NCBI GenBank assembly: GCA_039770535.1
Contig: JBDMYC010000182.1
Location: forward strand, 1 to 33,200
Source of the DNA: Flavobacteriales bacterium
GTDB taxonomy: Bacteria; Bacteroidota; Bacteroidia; Flavobacteriales_D; CAJJDF01
Length of the DNA: 33,200 nucleotides
Direction of reading: 5' to 3'
A program made the position numbers and the translations under genes. The notes beneath the pieces are model-generated. The model was given only the letters and a program-made list of their open reading frames with translations, made no database searches and was not told where the DNA came from. The first letter of the stretch is position 1; the number at the start of each line of letters is the position of its first letter. This document shows, piece by piece, positions 27,004 to 33,200 of this stretch.

Positions 27004-28028
27004 TAATCAAAGTTTTTTGGAGAGATAACTGCTATTGGCCTAAATGGCCCAATGTAAGAAAGTGCAAACTCAGGTCCTCCTCTGTACAAACTTGCCTGCG
27101 ACAAATTAGAAACTGTGAAATCGTAACTAATTCCCACAGTAATTTTCTTATGCACAGTAACTTTCACAACAGGGATAATAGCATCTCCTAGGCGGTAATA
27201 AACTCCCGCATAAACATTGATGTTACTGTAATAACCCGTATACTTTGAAACAAGTCCAAAGTCTTTTCTAAATAATCCTCCAACAACAATTTCTCGAGCT
27301 CTCTTCTGCATAGCTCCTAACACTAGGAATCTGTATCCCAAATTTCTGTTGTTTGGAAAATTAAATTCTTTGGAAGCATTTACTGCAATTTTCACAGGAA
27401 TTACTCCATCTACACCCAAAATGTTAATTCTTGGTGCAGCTAGGTGATGTGCGCTCACTCCAATCTCCAAAGGATACAAATTATCATCAAATATTCTATA
27501 TACCAATCCTGCTGATAAATCAAATGCTTTCTCTGCGTACCCAACAAAGTTTTCTCCAGACAATATTCCCTCGTTAAATTCTACTCCATTGTATTGACTT
27601 CCCCAATTTAAACCTGTATAATTAGCAGACATATCAATGTAAGAAAGACCTATTCCTAATGTCAAATCAGAATTATCAGATAAGTAAACGGTTTGAGATA
27701 AATTCAAATCAACTTTTGTTGTTTTCGTGTTGGATGAACCCGCTTGATCTTGGTAAGCGGATATACCAATTCCCGTAGACTTTAATCCCATATAATTTTT
27801 AAACAAAATAAAATCAGCAGAAGCTGCATATGTTTCAAATACGTTTCCAAGGGTTGCCCATTGGTTTTTGTAATTCAAATTAAAACGATAGTTTCCTTCA
27901 TACATTCCCGCGTAAGAGGGATTAAGTAGAAGTGGATTTTCAGTGAACTGCGAAAAATGAATATCTTGTGCTGTAGCAGATCCTATTCCACAAATAATCG
28001 TCAGTGTTATTGCAATTTTTTTAATCAT
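27003..28028 (-). CDS. Type IX secretion system membrane protein, PorP/SprF family
   Basis: 341 aa with a signal peptide, then the family-defining N-terminus QDIHFSQFTENPLLLNPSYAG and beta-barrel-like alternating sequence. It sits 5 nt downstream of a type-B CTD gene. Confidence 0.9.
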   Translation of the reverse strand: MIKKIAITLTIICGIGSATAQDIHFSQFTENPLLLNPSYAGMYEGNYRFNLNYKNQWATLGNVFETYAASADFILFKNYMGLKSTGIGISAYQDQAGSSNTKTTKVDLNLSQTVYLSDNSDLTLGIGLSYIDMSANYTGLNWGSQYNGVEFNEGILSGENFVGYAEKAFDLSAGLVYRIFDDNLYPLEIGVSAHHLAAPRINILGVDGVIPVKIAVNASKEFNFPNNRNLGYRFLVLGAMQKRAREIVVGGLFRKDFGLVSKYTGYYSNINVYAGVYYRLGDAIIPVVKVTVHKKITVGISYDFTVSNLSQASLYRGGPEFALSYIGPFRPIAVISPKNFD

Positions 28029-28033
28029 AATAT

Positions 28034-29283
28034 CTATCTAACTAGTGTTATATCTCCTTTTAAAGTGATTTTCTCACCTTCCAATATTGTTGCCTCTAAA
28101 TAATAAACGTAAACACCTGCTTGAGCATCTCTACCTCTAAAAGTTCCGTCCCAACCCACTGAGTTATCAGTAGTTTCGAATACTTTTTCCCCCCACCTAT
28201 TATAAATAAAAAACTTAAGCGTTTCAAACCTATTTCCATAAGCAAACAAGAGGTCATTTAAACCGTCTCCGTTTGGCGAAAATATCTGAGGAACATAGGC
28301 TTCTGTCTGGTCTTCAATGGTTAAGGCGTATACATCATTACTAAAATCAAGGTTACTAATTGTCATGCCTCTGTCTGGTAAACCAATGGCAGGCAGTGCT
28401 GCAGTAGTGAAGGTAACACCATTTCCTATTGACCATCTAGGAATTGAATTATTCCAAAAAGCGATATCATTATAATCATGAAGAGGAAGTTCATCCGTAG
28501 CAAAATAATATATATTGGCTTGCCCATTAGTATTACCGTGGAATTTTGCTATATGATGATAAAAATCTGGATTAAGTTGCAGCACGGTTGGTGCTTTTTG
28601 TGTATTTGGAAAAGGCCCTATAGAACCTGTAACGGATGTACCTGTGAAATCGAGATCAGCATCAACTGCAGCCAGTCTCACTCCAATAACAGAACTATCA
28701 GCTGAGCTTGGAAGAAAAGATACAGCCCTATATATGTTTAATAAATTATTAGAACCTACAGGATATACGTATTCCTGTGTTCTGTCTGTACTTCTCATAA
28801 AATATCCCCCAATACTGTCTCCTGAAATAAACCCTGTATTCCACAAAAGAGAATCTGGATGAGTATTATATAAATGTAACCTGTTGTTGTTCAGAGTGAT
28901 TTCAGAATCAGTGAGATCTAGTTTGTTCTCGACCCATCCATCTACAGACATTGACTTAACGCTAATATTCTGTGTTATTAAGTTGAAAAACTTAGTTGGT
29001 TAGAACCACTAATGTTTTGGTTGTTACCAAATAAAATGACTGATCCTGGGCTAGAATTGAGAAAAACATTAAAAACAGAGTTATTGATCCAATCATTTTG
29101 GACAAATAAATCTCCTGAATTGTCAATAAGACCAGTGTTTGTAATTACCACATCTCCCTCTACATAAAAAGTAGTATTGGGCTCCATGTGAACCAATCCA
29201 TTGTCAATGGAAAGAACAGACTGCCCATTGCAACAATGGGCTAGTCCTGCTAAAAATATGATATGTAATGCCTTGCCTAAAAT
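28034..29283 (-). pseudogene. T9SS type-B C-terminal-domain (gliding-motility-associated CTD) cargo protein gene, split by a frameshift and lacking a canonical start
   Basis: The 3' ORF (28034-28951) ends with the type-B CTD: PQIFSPNGDGLNDLL...IYNRWGEKVFE...GWDGTFRGRDAQAGVYVYYLEA...LKGDITLVR. The 5' ORF (28978-29196; frame open to 29319) encodes a signal-peptide-like ILGKALHIIFLAGLAHC followed by beta-helix-like sequence. The two frames overlap at 28978-28999 around an A5/T5 run (28986-28990). A -1 shift gives ...GSNQLSF/FNLITQNISV..., a sensible continuous protein. No ATG, GTG or TTG precedes the signal peptide. Confidence 0.7.
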
Positions 29284-29337
29284 ATCTCGTAAATTAAATA
29301 GTAGTTTACCGGGATAAAATTAAACAATAATTGTAAG

Positions 29338-30516
29338 CTATTGAATATTTTCTATAACCATTGCAGAAGCACCTCCGCCACCATTACAAATTCCTGCGGC
29401 TCCTATTTTTCCTCCATTTTGTTTCAACACCTTAAGCAAAGTAACAATAATTCTCGACCCTGAATTACCAAGTGGATGCCCTATAGACACTGCTCCTCCG
29501 TTAACATCTACTTTCTCTGGATTCAATTCTAATTTTTTAATATTTGCTAATCCAACTACCGAAAAAGCTTGGTTTAACTCCCAATAATCAACATCTTGTG
29601 TTGATAAGTTTGCTTTTTTCAATGCTATCGGCAATGCTTTTGCTGGTGCAGTAGTAAACCATTCAGGTTCTTGAGCAGCATCTGCATAACTAATAATTTT
29701 CCCAATTGGTTTCAATCCTAACTCCTCTGCTTTTTCCTTAGAGCATATAATAAGTGCCGAAGCTCCATCATTCAATGTAGATGCATTGGCTGCAGTTACT
29801 GTCCCTTCTTTCTGAAACACTGGTCTTAAAGCCGGTATTTTTTCTAGTTTCACTTTTCTAAATTCCTCATCTTCTGATACAATGATCGCATCTCCTCTTC
29901 TTTGCGGCACTTCAACTGGTACAACTTCATTATCAAATTTCCCCTCATTCCAAGCTTTTTCTGCTCTTTTGTATGATTCGATTGCAAATGCATCTTGATC
30001 TTCTCTTGAAATATTGCATTCTTTTGCACATAATTCAGCTGCATTTCCCATGTGATAATCGTTATACACATCTGTCAAACCATCTAACACCATTCCGTCT
30101 TTCAACTTTACATCTCCCAACTTCACACCATTTCTTGCATTCATATAATGAGGAACCATACTCATATTCTCCATTCCTCCTGCAACAACTATGTCGTTAT
30201 CGCCTGCCAAAATTGACTGAGCTGCCAAAGAAATTGATTTCATTCCAGATGCACATACTTTATTGATAGTAGTTGCTGGCACATTTTGGCTAATTCCTGC
30301 AAACATTGCTGCTTGTCTTGCTGGTGCCTGACCAAGTCCTGCTTGCAGCACATTTCCCATAAAAACTTCATCAATAGCATCTGGAGATACGTTTGCTTTT
30401 TCAAGAGCTCCCTTGATTGCTGCTGCTCCAAGTCTAGTTGCAGGAACTGTTGATAATACTCCTCCAAAACTTCCGATTGGCGTTCTCACTGCTGATAATA
30501 TGTATATTTCTTTCAT
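29338..30516 (-). CDS. Acetyl-CoA C-acetyltransferase (thiolase II)
   Basis: 392 aa with the acyl-enzyme cysteine in INKVCASGMKS, plus GHPLGNSGSRI and the C-terminal CNGGGGASAMVIE. Confidence 0.95.
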   Translation of the reverse strand: MKEIYILSAVRTPIGSFGGVLSTVPATRLGAAAIKGALEKANVSPDAIDEVFMGNVLQAGLGQAPARQAAMFAGISQNVPATTINKVCASGMKSISLAAQSILAGDNDIVVAGGMENMSMVPHYMNARNGVKLGDVKLKDGMVLDGLTDVYNDYHMGNAAELCAKECNISREDQDAFAIESYKRAEKAWNEGKFDNEVVPVEVPQRRGDAIIVSEDEEFRKVKLEKIPALRPVFQKEGTVTAANASTLNDGASALIICSKEKAEELGLKPIGKIISYADAAQEPEWFTTAPAKALPIALKKANLSTQDVDYWELNQAFSVVGLANIKKLELNPEKVDVNGGAVSIGHPLGNSGSRIIVTLLKVLKQNGGKIGAAGICNGGGGASAMVIENIQ

Positions 30517-30540
30517 TATTTTTATTTGAATTATTTAACT

Positions 30541-30548
30541 CAAAATTA
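30541..30548 (-). promoter_or_regulatory. Candidate -7 box (TAnnTTTG) for the thiolase gene
   Basis: The reverse strand reads TAATTTTG, 24 nt upstream of the thiolase ATG and just downstream of the terminator at 30584-30616. Confidence 0.45.
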
Positions 30549-30583
30549 GGAAAAATGTAGGTTATATTGTCATTTTTAATCAT

Positions 30584-30616
30584 AAAAAAATCCCTGATAA
30601 AACTATCAGGGATTTT
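30584..30616 (-). terminator. Rho-independent terminator after the 809-aa OmpA-family gene
   Basis: Perfect stem ATCCCTGATA (30590-30599) / TATCAGGGAT (30604-30613) with a 4-nt loop, extendable by A-T pairs. On the minus-strand RNA it is followed by U7. It lies about 25 nt past the stop at 30639. Confidence 0.85.
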
Positions 30617-30638
30617 AATCATTTTTTGTTTACTTGTG

Positions 30639-33068
30639 CTAGAAACTGTTTGTGCTTCCGTTTTTAACATTAGCTCCTCCAGATACAATTCTAAACTCTG
30701 TTCTTCTGTTCAACTGGTGCTCATCTTCAGAACAATCTGATTTATTGGTTGGCTCACAAGCACATCCGTTAAGTAACCTTGTTTCTCCATATCCTTTTCC
30801 AAATATTCTGTAAGGTGCAATTCCTTTAGAAACTACATATTTCCTTGCAGATTTCGCTCTTCTGTCTGATAGTTTCTCGTTATATCTTCTTGATGCTCTG
30901 CAATCTGTATGAGATCCAATTTCAACAATCATTTCAGGATTTTCATTCATGCACTTCACCAACTTATCAAGCTCAACTGCAGCATCTGGTCTAATGTAAG
31001 ACTTATTAAAGTCATACAATATATCTTCAATACCACAAAGATCAGCTACATCAGTTCCAACAGCAAAGATTCCTACATTTCCTAAATCTTCTTCCATCCT
31101 AACAATTCCTGGCTCTGTAATTGCTTTTTTGTAGTTAACTTTTTTTGGAAGATAGCCTTCTTTATCAATAGTTAGATCAAAATCAATAATTCCGCCCGGA
31201 CATTCGTAATTAGCTAAATCATCTACGAATTCTCCATTTTCATCTGTAATTACAGTTTTTACTTCTCCATTTTTATTATCTAATAAAACTATTGTTGCAT
31301 TTTTAATAGGTTGCCTAGACACTTTGTCTACAATCTTACCGATAAGCCCACAATCTCTTTTCTTGAACAAAGTATTTGCCGGCTCTATTAGTCCATTTTT
31401 ACAATCTTCTGAAGAAAATTCGTGGTTGTAAGTATTTGTAAAATCTTTCTTTGTTCCTTTTAATTTATAAGTTCCTTCTGGCAAATCTTTAAATTCGTAA
31501 CATCCAGTTTCGTCAGTTACAATTGTAGCTATTACTCTGTCAATTTTTGTATCAATCAAATTAACTGTAACTCCTGCTAACTTTTCTTTTGTTAACTCTT
31601 CCATGGCACACCCTTTCACAAGACATGGTGGTTCTGGAAATGGCTCATGGTTTTTGAATCTATAAATATCATCATCTCCTTTTGCCTCGCCTCCAGTTCT
31701 GTTTGAGGAAAAATAACCTTCAGTTTCTTCTGTATTGATAATCATTGCAAAGTCATCTGCATTGGTATTCAGAGGAAATCCCATATTTACTGGATTACTA
31801 AATGATCCACCTAATTGAGTAGACCTATACAAATCTAACCCTCCAAGTCCGGTATGGCCATCTGAAGAAAAATACAACATTCCCTCTTGATTGTAATAAG
31901 GAAACATCTCTCGTCCCTCCGTGTTCACATTTTCAACATTTGTTGGCTGTGTCCATCTTCCATCCTCAAAAGTAGATTTCCAAATATCTGTAACACCTTT
32001 ACCACCGGGCATATCAGAAGAGAAGTACATTGTTTTACCGTCTTCAGTCACAGTTGCATGTCCTAACGAATAGTTATCGCTATTGTAAGGAAACTCGGAT
32101 AATTTTCCCCATTTACCATTACTATCTTTCTCAGATAAATACAATTTTAAGTTATTATGCTTTGCTGTATCCAATCCTTTTTTTCTATTAAGGTAGTTAC
32201 TTCTGGTCAAGTACATTTGTGAACCATTGTTACTGAATGATGCAGGTCCTTCATGATACTTTGATTTCACGTTTTTGTCAAATTTTTCTACTCCAGTTGA
32301 TTCTCCATCTTCACCAAGCTTAGACTGGTAAACATCTAGAAAATGTGACCCATCCCATTGAAAGTCTTTGTTCATTAAGGCCATGTTTCTCCTAGCTGAA
32401 GCAAAAGTAATTTTAGTCTCTCCATCAATAGTCTTGTAATTAGGACCAAAATCAGAGTGTTCAGTATTTACTTTGTCACCCATAATAGCAATAGTATATC
32501 TATCTGGATTTGCTTTTAACTTAGTAACATAATCAGTATTTGAACTGTGAGCTTTAGCTATGGAATTATTTCCAGAAAAAGTTCTGAATTTTTCCATCAT
32601 CTCATTTGCCTTTGCATATTTTTCATTCATTTTTAGCATTTGAGCGTAGTGATAATAATCTTCAGCAACAATTGCATTTTCTTCTGCAGAAACATCTTGA
32701 TCATTAGCAACTTCCTCTATTTTGTCTGCAGCATCATCAACTGCATCTTCCACTGCCTTTTTTACTCCTTCAGTTCCTTCTTTGGAGTTCTCTTTGTCTT
32801 CTGATGTTTCACCAACAAGTTTTCCGTACCAAGCTTCACTATTTTTACTATCTCCAACAAACCTGTAACATTCTGCTGTTCTCCTTTTTACGTAAGCATT
32901 TGCACTACTTTTTTTAGCTAAATCTTCATAAAGTTCAACCGCTTTAAAAAACGATAGCTCATCATATAGTCTATCCGCTACTCTTTGCTTCATAGATTGT
33001 GATTGAGCTTGAAAGCCTAAAAGTCCTACTACGAACAATAAAATTACCTGCTTTGAAATATTTTTCAT
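30639..33068 (-). CDS. OmpA-family protein with an N-terminal TPR-like region, PD40/TolB-like repeats and CarboxypepD_reg-like beta-sandwich domains
   Basis: 809 aa with signal peptide MKNISKQVILLFVVGLLGFQAQS. PD40-type repeats include TMYFSSDMPGGKGVTDIWKS and MLYFSSDGHTGLGGLDLYRS. Two CarboxypepD_reg-like segments are present (VTVNLIDT...TDETGCYEFKDLPEGTYKL and ATIVLLDNKNGE...TDENGEF). The C-terminal OmpA domain reads IGSHTDCRASRRYNEKLSDRRA...CSEDEHQLNRRTEF. It is a paralogue of the 650-aa protein. Confidence 0.88.
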   Translation of the reverse strand: MKNISKQVILLFVVGLLGFQAQSQSMKQRVADRLYDELSFFKAVELYEDLAKKSSANAYVKRRTAECYRFVGDSKNSEAWYGKLVGETSEDKENSKEGTEGVKKAVEDAVDDAADKIEEVANDQDVSAEENAIVAEDYYHYAQMLKMNEKYAKANEMMEKFRTFSGNNSIAKAHSSNTDYVTKLKANPDRYTIAIMGDKVNTEHSDFGPNYKTIDGETKITFASARRNMALMNKDFQWDGSHFLDVYQSKLGEDGESTGVEKFDKNVKSKYHEGPASFSNNGSQMYLTRSNYLNRKKGLDTAKHNNLKLYLSEKDSNGKWGKLSEFPYNSDNYSLGHATVTEDGKTMYFSSDMPGGKGVTDIWKSTFEDGRWTQPTNVENVNTEGREMFPYYNQEGMLYFSSDGHTGLGGLDLYRSTQLGGSFSNPVNMGFPLNTNADDFAMIINTEETEGYFSSNRTGGEAKGDDDIYRFKNHEPFPEPPCLVKGCAMEELTKEKLAGVTVNLIDTKIDRVIATIVTDETGCYEFKDLPEGTYKLKGTKKDFTNTYNHEFSSEDCKNGLIEPANTLFKKRDCGLIGKIVDKVSRQPIKNATIVLLDNKNGEVKTVITDENGEFVDDLANYECPGGIIDFDLTIDKEGYLPKKVNYKKAITEPGIVRMEEDLGNVGIFAVGTDVADLCGIEDILYDFNKSYIRPDAAVELDKLVKCMNENPEMIVEIGSHTDCRASRRYNEKLSDRRAKSARKYVVSKGIAPYRIFGKGYGETRLLNGCACEPTNKSDCSEDEHQLNRRTEFRIVSGGANVKNGSTNSF

Positions 33069-33099
33069 ACTTATTATATTAATGACTATTCCCCTTTAA

Positions 33100-33200
33100 T
33101 TAAAATCTTCTTGGTGTTCTAAATCCTTTACCCAAGAAGTCCAAATCATAATTAATCATGATTTCATGCGTCCCTGTGTTGTAGTCTCCCAAATCTGATA
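33100..33200 (-). CDS. PorP/SprF-family T9SS membrane protein, C-terminal 32 codons only; the 5' end lies beyond the window
   Basis: Not in the ORF track. The reverse frame reads ...SDLGDYNTGTHEIMINYDLDFLGKGFRTPRRF*, with the stop at 33100-33102. The G(T/S)HE(I)-x-(I/L)-x-Y ending is the usual PorP/SprF C-terminus. It lies 31 nt upstream of the 809-aa OmpA-family gene, the same arrangement as 27003-28028 with 25051-27003. Confidence 0.6.
   Translation of the reverse strand, partial: SDLGDYNTGTHEIMINYDLDFLGKGFRTPRRF

Noticed and set aside
30434-30688. 84-aa minus-strand ORF bridging the OmpA-809 stop, the terminator and the thiolase start
   Set aside because: It spans a perfect terminator hairpin and a promoter box and overlaps two real genes out of frame. 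It is an artefact of the open frame.
1-33200. Search for CRISPR arrays, tRNA/rRNA genes, transposases/integrases, prophage or defence-island hallmarks
   Set aside because: I found no spaced direct repeats, no tRNA T-loop/acceptor patterns in the spacers, no ORF with transposase, integrase or nuclease motifs, and no abrupt compositional break visible by eye. The window reads as core chromosome plus T9SS accessory genes.

Overview
AT-rich (roughly one-third GC by eye), gene-dense chromosomal segment that looks like Bacteroidota, class Flavobacteriia. The evidence is T9SS type-B CTD and PorP/SprF genes, TAnnTTTG -7 promoter boxes, almost no Shine-Dalgarno sequences, and a Na+-NQR operon. I saw no rRNA, tRNA, CRISPR array, transposase or integrase. 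Gene order: 1-16908 is all minus strand: partial 4HB_MCP-like protein, MATE exporter, a two-gene secreted LamG-repeat locus, pcm, DPP-IV peptidase, an acyltransferase, and nqrFEDCBA. 17226-24693 is mostly plus strand: CBS-like enzyme, ABC exporter, four small poorly characterised genes, yggS, and a front-end-type desaturase. 25051-33200 is minus strand again: two copies of a PorP/SprF + OmpA/PD40 pair separated by a thiolase, one copy still linked to a type-B-CTD cargo gene that looks decayed. The most interesting points are: (i) the duplicated T9SS cargo/shuttle/OmpA-PD40 modules with the broken cargo gene; (ii) a tightly coupled pair made of a 108-aa ORF and a stand-alone copy of the N-terminal module normally fused to long RluA-type pseudouridine synthases; (iii) a possible ~200-nt sRNA in a long convergent spacer; (iv) two genes whose conserved N-termini lie upstream of any canonical start codon. 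All homology statements come from reading the translations and from motif memory; no searches were run.
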